Shown here: piece by piece, positions 30,401 to 38,532 of the stretch
Layout of the letters: every line of letters starts with the position of its first letter
How positions within the stretch are numbered: the first letter of the stretch is position 1
Assembly: GCA_963704655.1 (NCBI GenBank)
Contig: OY969927.1
Span: 128,001 to 192,000, forward strand
DNA from: an uncultured Candidatus Babeliaceae bacterium
Lineage (GTDB): Bacteria; Babelota; Babeliae; Babelales; Babelaceae
Reading direction: 5' to 3'
Length of the DNA stretch: 64,000 bases
Made by a program: the position numbers and the translations under genes
The notes under the pieces: generated by a model
Told to the model about the DNA's origin: nothing
What the model saw: the letters and a program-made list of their open reading frames with translations, nothing else
The model's database searches: none

Positions 30401-30460
30401 AAAACAACAGGCAGTTCATGGTTTTCCAGAAGTGAACCAGTAGATGAATTGGAAGAGTAA
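24407..30460 (+). CDS. Giant (2017 aa) exported Gly-rich beta-helical repeat protein with C-terminal peptidase S74 intramolecular chaperone domain (tail-fibre/adhesin-like)
   Basis: Signal peptide; long run of ~14-aa S.(I/V)GGG..N.A repeats; TSDKSVKN...LPIEKWSY...HMGPYAQDF..AFGLG...DAEGVLFAAIQ, then coiled coil. Confidence 0.85.
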   Translation: MIKKVIFMFYVVCVFVMHADELSSSEMLTIIQNPNETFVTFGPSSGNVAEIFKKISQESPGSLMPALQALCKEIKAGKSTAPREIVESAVQEAIVCLQQLQERLLQELIHQWAEGLQSYLQKLLNNQVNIQVYTSDEEVAVKGPRPGTPLQQVINVDPRYLDSRDLYLRNLEVTGELSINDLVITGSPACITFEDLSNNVLGKICVTEHAMVLAPVPPRAIQATCDGDLRGVSAIDFQMSRVSPDEVASGDYSVISGGQNNTASGNYSVVSGGLDNSALGEFSFVGGGQENTAGNDYVFIGAGFLNTATGIASGVVTGAENFAAGDYSFIGGGLLNAATGIASGVMVGTDNFAGGDYSFVGGGESNQAAGLASVVVGGKGNVASGDYSFIGGGDPNVASGYASTIGGGQNNTAQGDYSLVGGGENNNAQNDYDAVVSGSGNTASFGYSFVGGGQQNTAELYSVVGGGASNAASQLLTVVVGGVGNTASERYAAVVGGQHNTASGYNSFVGDGYYNNAQNDYDAVVSGSGNIANGPFAFVGSGQGNMALARGAAVVGGGSDSSNPNSPNIASGLDSFIGGGIGNTINSSALYSAIVSGSGSSAEGRFAFIGGGYNNTALGECSVVVGGGTDGINFSGNVASGATSFVGGGFSNQATSGYSAVVGGSVNQASASGSFVGGGQYNIAQGTDSFVGGGYYNNAAGFCSVVVGGGSDNTINRAGNVALGSASFIGSGVGNQTVSNYDAVVSGSGNTANGPFAFVGNGQGNMALAQGAVVVGGGSDILNPNSPNIASGLDSFIGAGIGNNIDSGSPYSSIVSGSGNIEEGSAFSFIGGGVRNTLNETMFSVVGGGLENTVYSSPFSVVGGGQFNTVSIGSTLAFVGGGLSNTISEAPFSVVGGGQANTAGNDYVFVGGGLVNTATGIASGVMVGTGNFAGGNYSFVGGGESNQAAGLASVVVGGKGNVASGDYSFIGGGDPNVASGKYSVVTGGLNNTALGDNSFVGGGYYNNAQNTYDAVVSGSGNSASGPFAFVGGGFENQGYGAGSVIVGGGYDGTNYAGNTISTDGTAYASFIGGGLNNNIESDSQYSAIVSGSSNTIYPMSSYSVIVGGQGNVVEDAQCFIGGGINNKAEGQFCVVVGGLSNAAGNSYDGVVCGSGNNASGGYSFIGAGIGNSVFGEDSFVGAGLGNLAQDTYDAVVSGSGNSASGPFAFVGGGYNNQAYGVGSVIVGGGYDGTNYAGNTISTDGLSPASFIGGGIGNSIKTYSPYSGIVSGSGNTANGPCSFVGGGFENQALAQGAVVVGGGISENDSPAGNASSGVSSFIGGGLANTINPGAAYSGIVSGSGNTIVAGGQFCFIGGGYENNVNGPTGYIGGGSSNTIGTGANISTIVAGQSNTIQPYTGHAFIGGGFDNTIYQSAGAEAYSVITGGAGNNIQPNGYYGFIGGGLANTINPNAAYSGIVSGSGNIASGGFAFIGGGYENQAIGEGSVVVGGGNDGTNPAVGNRALGTASFVGGGIANTAGSTYDAVVSGSGNIASGPFAFVGAGYNNIASGAGSVVVGGGYYNNGLNTYLAGNSTNGNSTSFIGGGLNNQIAGPYSYVNTIVSGSTNYIGETSSYNLIGSGVNNVIRNSNSGSNYSAILMGYANQILDNNYSTIVSGSSNTLHAPGSGTYSGNFIGGGTANQITGNYAVIAGGENNQIGTSYGVIVGGQNNAAGNYAVVGGGYNNTASGAGSVIVGGGFDNTTYAQNSTSSNATFIGGGLNNIINGNSAYSAIVSGSSNAININSIGSVIGGGTGNQITANYAVIPGGANNTAKGNYSFVAGQNASDSASGTAYSNVFVWADGTTPTLTVTANKSFNVLAHGGVQFATSVDGSGNLANGVYLPGGSGGWINTSDKSVKNSFEEVDSLDVLDKVVHLPIEKWSYNTQNSSIRHMGPYAQDFHKAFGLGEDPRGINTVDAEGVLFAAIQGMYELHKDDMRKMKAQIKKLENRIKELEGQEKTTGSSWFSRSEPVDELEE

Positions 30461-30492
30461 GAATTAAGGATAGTTAAAAGAACTGTTTATAT

Positions 30493-30530
30493 AAAAAGGG
30501 GTTCGGATTTTTCCGGGCCCCTTTTGTTTT
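30493..30530 (+). terminator. Intrinsic terminator
   Basis: AAAAAGGGGTTCGGA-TTTT-TCCGGGCCCCTTTTGTTTT. Confidence 0.75.
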
Positions 30531-30592
30531 ATAAATCTTTTTGCTATCTTGATACCAGTTTTTTCACACGCTATTAATAAAAAGGATTTATC

Positions 30593-31204
30593 ATGAATGT
30601 ATGGGCATTATTTTTAAGTTTTATTAGTTCACTTTCTGTTCCAAGTTGCGCTGCAAAAAAAATTGATACGCAAGCAGCAAAAAATGATCACAAAGCTCAG
30701 GTTGTTGTCCTTATGTCAACAGACAGGCCAGACAGTAACACAAGCCGTGTAGCAGATAACGTGGTTGCTGCATATCAGCAAACCGGTCTTTCTGCAGAGC
30801 TTTTTAAAGTAACAGATTTCGGTGCAGATTTTTATGCGCCAACTGCCTATGCACAAAGGCCAGAAGCTTTTACAAAATTTAATGATGCAGTATTAGCTGC
30901 AGATTTGGTAGTGTTGGTAACCCCAGAATATAATGCTACCGTGCCAGCGCCATTAACACGCGTGATTAATTTATTATCATTTCCAAATTCATTTCAAGAT
31001 AAAAAATATGCAATTGTTTCATTGAGCATGAGTCCTTATGCTGCTGCACGTGCGCATGAGCAACTTAAAAAGACATTGCTTGATCTGCATGCAGATGTTC
31101 AAGATAACTTGAATCTAAAAGTTGCTGAAGTTCAAAATGTAACCAAAAGCACCAATATCTATGCTGACCATGCTGCAAAAGTTGCAGAAGCGTTACAAAA
31201 ATAA
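30593..31204 (+). CDS. NADPH-dependent FMN reductase family protein with signal/lipoprotein-like N-terminus
   Basis: STDRPDSNT, ADLVVLVTPEYN; hydrophobic N-terminus ending SVPSC. Confidence 0.8.
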   Translation: MNVWALFLSFISSLSVPSCAAKKIDTQAAKNDHKAQVVVLMSTDRPDSNTSRVADNVVAAYQQTGLSAELFKVTDFGADFYAPTAYAQRPEAFTKFNDAVLAADLVVLVTPEYNATVPAPLTRVINLLSFPNSFQDKKYAIVSLSMSPYAAARAHEQLKKTLLDLHADVQDNLNLKVAEVQNVTKSTNIYADHAAKVAEALQK

Positions 31205-31218
31205 TAATAAAAATGGGC

Positions 31219-31252
31219 AAAAAAAGGGGCTGGAATTTTCCAGCCCTTTTTT
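31219..31252 (+). terminator. Intrinsic terminator
   Basis: AAAAAAAGGGGCTGGAA-TT-TTCCAGCCCTTTTTT. Confidence 0.8.
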
Positions 31253-31342
31253 ACTTAATTTAGAAAAAGGATCAAAAAATATTGCTTTTTGAGGGATTTG
31301 TCTGGTAATATGGTAATAATAAGTCTAAAGCGTAAGGCAAAT

Positions 31343-32581
31343 ATGAATTATAAGAAGAGAATTTACGAAAAATTAATTAAAGATGCTGCCAAACTTTTTA
31401 AAATCATCTTTCTTGTCGGAGCCAGGCAGGTTGGGAAGAGTTCGTTATTTAAACATCTATTTCCGAACCTAAAAGTATTTGTTTTTGATCCTGTACAAGA
31501 TATGTACAATGTCCGAAAGGACCCAGATCTTTTTTTGAAGGATTTTGGCACACCTTTAGTTCTTGATGAAATTCAATTTGTTCCGGAGGTTTTACCATCA
31601 TTAAAAAGATTTGCAGATAATTCAGATGCAAAGGGTCAATATTTTTTAACCGGCTCCCAGCAACTTTCAATTTTAAAATCAGTTTCAGAGTCTTTGGCTG
31701 GCCGAGTGGTTATTATCCCCATTGGTCCTATGACACCTCAAGAAATGTACGATACTTTTGATGAAGAGAAAAATTGGTTTTTGCAGTATGTAAAAAATCC
31801 AGATTCTTTTTTTAAAAATGTTGATAAAAAAATTAATAATGCGCCATCACGACTTGAGGCTATTTGGCGCGGCGGCATGCCGGGTATAATCGAGTTGCCC
31901 AATAGCGCATTGCCTTTATATTTTTCTTCTTACGTACAAACATATGTTGAGCGCGATGTGCGGTTGCTTGAAAATATCGAGGACCTTGCAGCATTTGGTA
32001 CCTTTTTATCATTATTGTCAGCCTTAACGTCTCAAGAAATTAACTATTCTCAATTGGGCCGTGAAATTGGGATATCGCCAAAGACTTCTCAGCGTTGGTT
32101 GCAATTACTTACCTTTACGTATCAATGGTCGGAATTAAAACCTTTTCATATGAATGCTATAAAACGTCTATCGAATAAGCCAAAAGGTATTATTGCAGAC
32201 TCTGGGTTGGCTTGTTATTTGCAGCGGATTTCTAGCCCTGAAGCATTAGCAGCAAGTCCACTTTTTGGTGCAATGTTTGAATCATACTGCTTTAATATGA
32301 TCAAAGGTTTTTGTGGCGCGCTTCCGCTCATGCCAAATTTTTATCACTGGCGTACATTAGCCGGCGCAGAAGTGGATATTATTGTAGAATTTGATGGAAA
32401 ATTTTACCCAATAGAAATCAAATCCGCTACCTCAATAAGTAAGCATGATGTTAAAGGTATTCAGGCTTTTAAAGAGACATACCCACATCTACCAATAGCA
32501 AAAGGTATTGTCATATATTCAGGTGATATTTGTTATCGCGTCACAGAAGATATCATAGCAGTCCCTTGGGACATGCAATAA
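31343..32581 (+). CDS. AAA_14 ATPase with DUF4143 C-terminal domain
   Basis: GARQVGKS, LDEIQ, LTGSQ, ESLAGR, GGMP, TYVERDV, EVD....IEIK. Confidence 0.88.
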   Translation: MNYKKRIYEKLIKDAAKLFKIIFLVGARQVGKSSLFKHLFPNLKVFVFDPVQDMYNVRKDPDLFLKDFGTPLVLDEIQFVPEVLPSLKRFADNSDAKGQYFLTGSQQLSILKSVSESLAGRVVIIPIGPMTPQEMYDTFDEEKNWFLQYVKNPDSFFKNVDKKINNAPSRLEAIWRGGMPGIIELPNSALPLYFSSYVQTYVERDVRLLENIEDLAAFGTFLSLLSALTSQEINYSQLGREIGISPKTSQRWLQLLTFTYQWSELKPFHMNAIKRLSNKPKGIIADSGLACYLQRISSPEALAASPLFGAMFESYCFNMIKGFCGALPLMPNFYHWRTLAGAEVDIIVEFDGKFYPIEIKSATSISKHDVKGIQAFKETYPHLPIAKGIVIYSGDICYRVTEDIIAVPWDMQ

Positions 32582-32586
32582 ATTTA

Positions 32587-33468
32587 CTACTGAATTTTGT
32601 GGCCGCCGAATAAATGGCGCATCAAGGCGATATAACGTGTGGCAAAACTAACTTTACCCTTTTGTGATTCAAGGCGCACATGTAAAGAATCTTTGATTAC
32701 CGGAACAGGGATATTATTCTTTTCAGCATTTTCTATGGTCCAGCGTGCAGTGCCGCTTTCAGCTATAACACCAGAAGTATGTTCTAAATTTTTTTGCATC
32801 AATGCGTATTCAGAGATAGCAAGAAGTTGTGATGAAATAATTGCGCCGTGGTTCCACGTGTGTGCAATTGCAGCCACATCAAGATCTTTATAATCACCAT
32901 GTTTTAAGAGATTAAAGCCTTCTGCATATGCTTCAAGCAGGCCATATTCTATGCCATTGTGTACCATTTTAACATAGTGGCCTGCACCTGCAGTGCCAAC
33001 ATGCACAAAGCCGCTTTCTTGTGCAAGTGCTGAAAAAATTTCTTTACAGCGCTCAAATATATCTTTGTCGCCACCAATAGTTAAATTATAGCCAGCCTCT
33101 GCGCCAAGTATGCCGCCAGATGTTCCGCAATCAAGAAACTGAATATTGTTTTTTTTAAGTTGTTCGTAATGTTTTACGCTATCACTAAAATGGCTGTTGC
33201 CCGCGTCTATAATAATGGTATGTGCATGCGCATTTTTTTGTAAATTTTCAATAGCATCACTCACTGCTTTGCCGGCAGGCACAAGAATAATAATAGTATC
33301 AGCGTGCTTTGGCAGCTCTTGCAGTGGCACTGCTTTGCCGCCCAGCGCAGCAAATGCATTTTGCGATTCAGTATTTGAATCGTAACCATAGAGCGTATAA
33401 CCAGCATGCGCGAGCCGCACAGAAAATCCCAAGCCCATTTTGCCAAGACCAACAATGCCAATATTCAT
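32587..33468 (-). CDS. gnd: 6-phosphogluconate dehydrogenase (decarboxylating, short form)
   Basis: GLGKMG, IDAGNS, DCGTSGG, GAGHYVKMVHNGIEYG, MRHLFGGH. Confidence 0.92.
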   Translation of the reverse strand: MNIGIVGLGKMGLGFSVRLAHAGYTLYGYDSNTESQNAFAALGGKAVPLQELPKHADTIIILVPAGKAVSDAIENLQKNAHAHTIIIDAGNSHFSDSVKHYEQLKKNNIQFLDCGTSGGILGAEAGYNLTIGGDKDIFERCKEIFSALAQESGFVHVGTAGAGHYVKMVHNGIEYGLLEAYAEGFNLLKHGDYKDLDVAAIAHTWNHGAIISSQLLAISEYALMQKNLEHTSGVIAESGTARWTIENAEKNNIPVPVIKDSLHVRLESQKGKVSFATRYIALMRHLFGGHKIQ

Positions 33469-34907
33469 GGTTTATCCTTTATAGTAACCCCGCGTAATGC
33501 ATGCAGATATTCTGTTGCCTGCAGCGGGCCGGGACTGCCAATTTCATAAAATAAGAGATTTGGTGTGTGTTCTTGTATAACCGAGTCAACTATTTTCCAT
33601 GCCTGATCTATCTCTGCAAAGGGTACTGATATTGAGCCAACATTATTAATAAGATTTTCAAATATTACACGATACGCTTGCGGTGTATAGGGCCACATGC
33701 AGCTGTAACAGAAATTAAGATTTATCGGCATAATTGCATTATCAGCATCGGGCCTGTCCTGTGTAGTTTGCAAAGCCGGTAGGCCTGGATGCGCGTAAGA
33801 GGGTTTTTTAATATTCACAGAAAGGGCAAATTCACCACGTGGTGCAATTTTAATAATCAGTTCGTTATGAAATATTGGACAACCTGTTGAAAGTTTGCAT
33901 GTTGGCTGTTTAAACACAATTTTAATCTCTGTTGCCTGTTTATCAAGAGCTTTTCCCGCTTGAATAATAAAGGGCACTTTTTGCCAACGTGGCGTATCAA
34001 TTGTGCAGGTAATAAGTGCATAGGTTGGCGTGGTGCTGTGTGGTTGAACGCCGGCATGTGCAGCATACCCAAGATATTGCCCAAAAAGAGCATGCGTAAT
34101 AGTTGTCTTTTTTAGAATGGCAAGTTTTTCTGCATGTAAATACTGCCCTTCTAATGTAACGGGCGCTTCCATGGCAACCAGTGAAAGAAGTTGCAATGCA
34201 TGGCTCTGTATAACATCACGCACGACACCAAGCGTGTCATAAAGTCCCGCGCGTTGTTCAACAGTGACCGTTTCTTTTAATGTTATTACAACATATTCAA
34301 TATGATTACTGTTCCAGAGTGGTTCAAAAAATTCGTTAGTAAAACGTAAGTAGGCAACCGTTTCAACCAGCTCTTTTGCTAAATAATGGTCCGCACGGAT
34401 AATTTGGTTATCGGGTAATAATTTTTTTAATTCGTCATTAAGCTGTTCTGCTGTTTGTGCATTTGTGCCGAATGGTTTTTCAAAAACTATTTTATGTTCA
34501 GTTTTATGTTCGATAATCTTATGTTCTATACAGTTGCTTGCAACTGTTTGGAATAGTTGTGGTGGGCAGGCACAGTAAATAATTCGGTTGCTGTTTTTGT
34601 TATTTTCAACTTTATTAATAATTTCTGCAAGAGCAGCATAGCTTTTAGCATCTGTTATATCAGCAGTAAGAAAGTGCCATTTTTGTATAAAAAGATCCCA
34701 TTTTTTTTGATCAAACTGCTTTAAAAATGGGCGCACTTTTTGTAAAATCTCTAAAATACTTAAGCTGTTGTGAGCTATGCCGATACAAGAAAAATTCACA
34801 TTTTGTTGCTCGGTAAAAAGTTCATAAAGTGCCGGAATAAGGTTTTTTGTTGCCAAATCCCCCGTTACACCAATAATAATTATTATAGAATTATTTAGTT
34901 GTTGCAT
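33465..34907 (-). CDS. zwf: Glucose-6-phosphate 1-dehydrogenase, with an in-frame repeat insertion
   Basis: GVTGDLA, EKPFG, RADHYLAKE, RDVIQSH, RWQKVPF...GK. Confidence 0.92.
   Translation of the reverse strand: MQQLNNSIIIIIGVTGDLATKNLIPALYELFTEQQNVNFSCIGIAHNSLSILEILQKVRPFLKQFDQKKWDLFIQKWHFLTADITDAKSYAALAEIINKVENNKNSNRIIYCACPPQLFQTVASNCIEHKIIEHKTEHKIVFEKPFGTNAQTAEQLNDELKKLLPDNQIIRADHYLAKELVETVAYLRFTNEFFEPLWNSNHIEYVVITLKETVTVEQRAGLYDTLGVVRDVIQSHALQLLSLVAMEAPVTLEGQYLHAEKLAILKKTTITHALFGQYLGYAAHAGVQPHSTTPTYALITCTIDTPRWQKVPFIIQAGKALDKQATEIKIVFKQPTCKLSTGCPIFHNELIIKIAPRGEFALSVNIKKPSYAHPGLPALQTTQDRPDADNAIMPINLNFCYSCMWPYTPQAYRVIFENLINNVGSISVPFAEIDQAWKIVDSVIQEHTPNLLFYEIGSPGPLQATEYLHALRGVTIKDKP
33750..33803 (-). 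repeat. Family B palindromic element inside the zwf coding sequence
   Basis: 42/54 ungapped identity to 38056-38109 and 41/54 to the reverse complement of 16146-16199 (counted by hand). Confidence 0.85.
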
Positions 34908-34979
34908 AGCATCACCATAGTTTTTTGTTTAAGCTTAAGGATAAGCATGAGCTAAACACAAGAGATAGGTAAAAAGAGT

Positions 34980-35885
34980 ATGGAACAGGATACCAAGAAA
35001 AATTATCCAGAGATTCTTATTATAACCGGCCATTCTGGCGCAGGTAAAAGCACGGTGCTTTCAGCATGTGAAGATTACGGTTTTTTCTGCATCGATAATC
35101 TCCCCTATGAACTTTTGGCGCCTTTCTTTTATGGGATTACCCATTCCAGTATGCAGCATAAAAAGATCGCGTTGGGAATCGATGTCAGAAGTGGTTTAAA
35201 TTTAGATCAGTTTGCGCAAGAGTTGTTACGGTGGCAACAAATCTGCGGCAGCAATATGCGCATTATTTTTTTAACGGCGCATGAAGACACACTTGTCCGC
35301 CGCTTTCAAGAAACGCGCAGAAAACATCCATTAGGTGATAATAAAACATTACTTGAAGCGATACATCAAGAGCATTATATTCTTGCGCCGCTAAAAAAAA
35401 TCGCAAACGAAACGATAGAGACAGATAATTTAACGATTGCCCAATTGCGTCTGCTGGTGAAAAATAGTAACCATGGCAGTCAGCAGCAAAAAATAATCGT
35501 TACGCTTACGTCATTTGGTTTTAAATATGGCACACCACGTGACTGTAATTTTTTATATGATCTACGTTCGCTGCCAAACCCCTATTTTGTGCCGCACTTA
35601 AAAGAGCTTGATGGGCGGTCTGAACGTATTCAAGAATATCTTTTTGCCCAACCGAGTGTTCAAGAGTATTGGAAAAAGCTTGAAGATTTTTTTATCTTCT
35701 CGTTAGAGCGTTCATACCAAGAGGGCAGATTTTTTATGCATGTCGGCTTTGGGTGCACGGGCGGAAAACATCGGTCAGTTGCGTTTGTTGAGCGTTGCTC
35801 CAGGCTAAATCTTGAACATGTGCAGTTTTTTGTTCATCATAAAGATATCGCCGTAACCCAAGCACATGAGCAAGTAGGCGCTTGA
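34980..35885 (+). CDS. rapZ: RapZ/YvcJ family P-loop protein
   Basis: ITGHSGAGKS, CIDNLP, RRFQETRRKHP, SFGFKYG, LPNPYF, GCTGGKHRSV. Confidence 0.93.
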   Translation: MEQDTKKNYPEILIITGHSGAGKSTVLSACEDYGFFCIDNLPYELLAPFFYGITHSSMQHKKIALGIDVRSGLNLDQFAQELLRWQQICGSNMRIIFLTAHEDTLVRRFQETRRKHPLGDNKTLLEAIHQEHYILAPLKKIANETIETDNLTIAQLRLLVKNSNHGSQQQKIIVTLTSFGFKYGTPRDCNFLYDLRSLPNPYFVPHLKELDGRSERIQEYLFAQPSVQEYWKKLEDFFIFSLERSYQEGRFFMHVGFGCTGGKHRSVAFVERCSRLNLEHVQFFVHHKDIAVTQAHEQVGA

Positions 35886-35900
35886 TCGCGAAAGGGATCT

Positions 35901-36185
35901 ATGAAAAATTCAGTTTTTGTAATGCTGGTAAGCAGCGCATTAGTTGTTGAGCTTATTTTCTTTACATATTTTTATTTTGTTGGTGATCACGGTTACAAAA
36001 AAATAAAAGAGCTGCAGGAGCTGCAAGAGAATATTCAAGTATCGGTTACTGATATGCAAAGGCAGGTTAACGAACTTGAAAAGAAATTATACGATTTTAA
36101 AACGTATCCTTATTATAAAGAAAAAATAATTCGCGAGCAGTTACAAATGATGCGCGATAATGAGGTTATTTATAAATTACCCTAA
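35901..36185 (+). CDS. Septum formation initiator (FtsB/DivIC family)
   Basis: N-terminal TM, GDHGY, coiled coil, EKIIREQL.M....EVIY. Confidence 0.8.
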   Translation: MKNSVFVMLVSSALVVELIFFTYFYFVGDHGYKKIKELQELQENIQVSVTDMQRQVNELEKKLYDFKTYPYYKEKIIREQLQMMRDNEVIYKLP

Positions 36186-36203
36186 TATGTGAAAGAGTAT
36201 ATT

Positions 36204-36809
36204 ATGTTTAAATTACCTGAGCTCCCCTACGCATATGACGCGCTTGAGCCGTATATCGATGCGCGGACAATGGAGATACATTACACAAAGCATCACCAGG
36301 GCTATGTTGATAACCTTAATGCGGCATTAAAAGATTTTCCTGAATTACAATCAAAATCGTTAACCGATTTACTTTCAGATCTTAATGCGCTTCCAGAAAA
36401 AATCAGAACCGCTGTTCGTAATCATGGCGGCGGCGATTATAACCATACACTCTTTTGGCAGCTTATGACCAAGAACGCCTTACCGGGTCCAATTGAAAAA
36501 AGTGAACAGGCAATTATAAAAACATTTGGCAGTTTTGCAGAGTTTCAAAAACAATTTAATGATGCTGCAAAATCACGCTTTGGCAGCGGCTGGGCGTGGC
36601 TTGTGGTTAATAAGCAGGGCAACCTTGAAATTATTTCTACCGCTAACCAAGATTGCCCAATTTCACTTGGCCAAGAACCAATTTTGGGTTTAGATGTGTG
36701 GGAACATGCCTATTATCTTAAATATCAAAACAAACGTGTTGATTATATCCAAGCCTGGTGGCACGTAGTGAATTGGAAACAAGTAGAAGAAAATTTTAGA
36801 AAAATTTAA
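36204..36809 (+). CDS. sodA: Superoxide dismutase, likely Mn-type
   Basis: [44 protein letters not shown]. Confidence 0.93.
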   Translation: MFKLPELPYAYDALEPYIDARTMEIHYTKHHQGYVDNLNAALKDFPELQSKSLTDLLSDLNALPEKIRTAVRNHGGGDYNHTLFWQLMTKNALPGPIEKSEQAIIKTFGSFAEFQKQFNDAAKSRFGSGWAWLVVNKQGNLEIISTANQDCPISLGQEPILGLDVWEHAYYLKYQNKRVDYIQAWWHVVNWKQVEENFRKI

Positions 36810-36816
36810 TTTTTTT

Positions 36817-36840
36817 TAGGGCTTGTGTGTGCAAGCCCTA
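36817..36840. terminator. Hairpin between convergent sodA and sppA
   Basis: TAGGGCTTG-TGTGTG-CAAGCCCTA with an adjacent T run. Confidence 0.55.
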
Positions 36841-36847
36841 GCTATAG

Positions 36848-37768
36848 TTACATGCGTGCAATAGATTGCTGATTCATCCAGCTACTAAACATATTTTGAA
36901 ACAGAGAAGAGAGCGACATGTCATCATTCGATTCGCCGCTGTCATCAGGCGACAGAAACTTCATGAGCATATTTTTCTGTTCAGCTTTAACCCACTGTAT
37001 CTCTTGGCTACTTGGAATATGCGCACGTTCACGAATCTTTTCTTCAACATGCGATAGTGAACCGATCTGGTCAATAAGTTTGAGCTCGAGCGCCTGTTTA
37101 CCGGTAAATATTATACCATTTGCCCATGTGTCAGCATCTTTTAATGCTAATGCCGGGCGTGATCTTGATACATCTTCAATAAATTGCTGGTAACTGTCAT
37201 TACAGAAATTTTGTAAGAGCTCCTGCTCACCTTCAGTAGGGCTCAGCAATGGGTTTAAAATTGCTTTGTATTTGCCCGTTTTAGTAACTTGGTATTCGAC
37301 TTTATACTGGTTAATAAACTCTTTTAAGCGGGGTAGCGCTATATATACACCAATGCTACCAATAAGTGACGAGCCTGAAGCTACAATCCAGTCACATGGG
37401 CATGCGATATAGTAGGCACCAGATGCACACATGTTCTCTACAAAGACAACCACCGGCTTGTGAGGATATTGTTGTTTAAGATAGTTTAATTCGTTATAGA
37501 TAGCTTGGGATGTCCCTGCAGCGCCGCCACCGCAGTCTATACGTAATAGAATTGCTTTTATAGCAGGGTCTTTAAAGAATTTTTTAAGGTTCTTAACGTA
37601 TTCGCCTGAATTGGTTAGAGTTTGCGTAATCGACATAATGCCGACTTTTGTGCTGGGTGTAATAAGGGCAGTATATTGCTTGGTTAAAACAAGGATAATT
37701 TGGGGGGTAACAAGAAGGAACATAAGCAGGTAAAAGCTGTTTTTTAAGAAATCTGTTAAGCGCGACAT
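36848..37768 (-). CDS. sppA: Signal peptide peptidase SppA (S49)
   Basis: LLRIDCGGG, ASGAYYIA, GSIGV, TGKYK, FTG.QALELKLID.IG. Confidence 0.9.
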   Translation of the reverse strand: MSRLTDFLKNSFYLLMFLLVTPQIILVLTKQYTALITPSTKVGIMSITQTLTNSGEYVKNLKKFFKDPAIKAILLRIDCGGGAAGTSQAIYNELNYLKQQYPHKPVVVFVENMCASGAYYIACPCDWIVASGSSLIGSIGVYIALPRLKEFINQYKVEYQVTKTGKYKAILNPLLSPTEGEQELLQNFCNDSYQQFIEDVSRSRPALALKDADTWANGIIFTGKQALELKLIDQIGSLSHVEEKIRERAHIPSSQEIQWVKAEQKNMLMKFLSPDDSGESNDDMSLSSLFQNMFSSWMNQQSIARM

Positions 37769-37812
37769 AGTGGTCCTTTTTTATGATATAAGTTGCAGAT
37801 CATGCCTAGCCC

Positions 37813-37840
37813 CCGCTCACCCTGAGCGAAGTCGAAGGGT
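37813..37840 (+). repeat. REP-like repeat, family A, within 15-bp direct repeats
   Basis: CCGCTCACCCTGAGCGAAGTCGAAGGG; AGTTGCAGATCATGC at 37791-37805 and 37868-37882. Confidence 0.85.
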
Positions 37841-37921
37841 CAAATACATAGCATGGGTTACAATATTAGTTGCAGATCATGCACGTTAGTATATACTTTC
37901 ATTAAATAAGTATATATTTTT

Positions 37922-37949
37922 TTGACATTTTTATCAGAATACTTACACT
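37922..37949 (+). promoter_or_regulatory. Putative sigma70 promoter for the tRNA cluster
   Basis: TTGACA-N16-TACACT upstream of tRNA-Val. Confidence 0.55.
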
Positions 37950-37982
37950 ATAGCATAAGTTGAAATTTACTTACAGTACGTA

Positions 37983-38058
37983 GGGCGGTTAGCTCAGCTG
38001 GCAGAGCATCAGTCTTACAAACTGGGGGTCGCAGGTTCGAATCCTGCACCGCCCACCA
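37983..38058 (+). tRNA. tRNA-Val(TAC)
   Basis: GGGCGGT acceptor, CAGT-CTTACAA-ACTG, GGTTCGAATCC, CCA. Confidence 0.95.
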
Positions 38059-38192
38059 TCTTACGTTTATCCGGGCGTACCCGCTCGGCAAACTACAGAT
38101 GGCAGGCCCTTCGAAGCACCAATGTGCGAAGTAGGGCAGGCCAGTCTTTCTTTCGTCTCGCTCATCCTGAGCTTGTCGAAGGGTTAGCGGGT
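38056..38192 (+). repeat. Composite REP-like element directly after tRNA-Val
   Basis: CCATCTTACG...AAACTACAGATGGCAGGCC...GGCAGGCCAGTCT...CGCTCATCCTGAGCTTGTCGAAGGGTTAGCGGG. Confidence 0.8.
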
Positions 38193-38260
38193 CTAAGTAG
38201 TCTTCATATTTTGGTAGGCTACCTTACGTACAAGAATTTACTTAATTGAAATATAGGTAT

Positions 38261-38336
38261 TCCTCGGTAGCTCAGTCGGTAGAGCAAACGACTGTTAATC
38301 GTTAGGTCGTTGGTTCGAGTCCAACCCGAGGAGCCA
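38261..38336 (+). tRNA. tRNA-Asn(GTT)
   Basis: TCCTCGG acceptor, AACGA-CTGTTAA-TCGTT, GGTTCGAGTCC, CCA. Confidence 0.95.
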
Positions 38337-38347
38337 TCTTTCTTCAA

Positions 38348-38377
38348 CCCGCTCACCCTGAGCGAAGTCGAAGGGCG
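38348..38377 (+). repeat. REP-like repeat, family A, after tRNA-Asn
   Basis: CCCGCTCACCCTGAGCGAAGTCGAAGGG, core identical to the 37813 copy. Confidence 0.85.
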
Positions 38378-38532
38378 ATGGCATGGCCATCTTCACATTA
38401 TTTGCTGAATAGCAAACAGGTTAAGATGATGAAAAAATTACATGTTCATTTTGTAATTTACCTGAAAATGCTGTAAAATAAATACTATATTGACTTAGTG
38501 CGCTTGTCGCACTTATTTTTCCCCTCATTTAC

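Noticed and set aside
30493-31252. Similar hairpins on both sides of the FMN reductase gene
   Set aside because: Both are explained as terminators of their upstream genes; the similarity fits a generic terminator pattern
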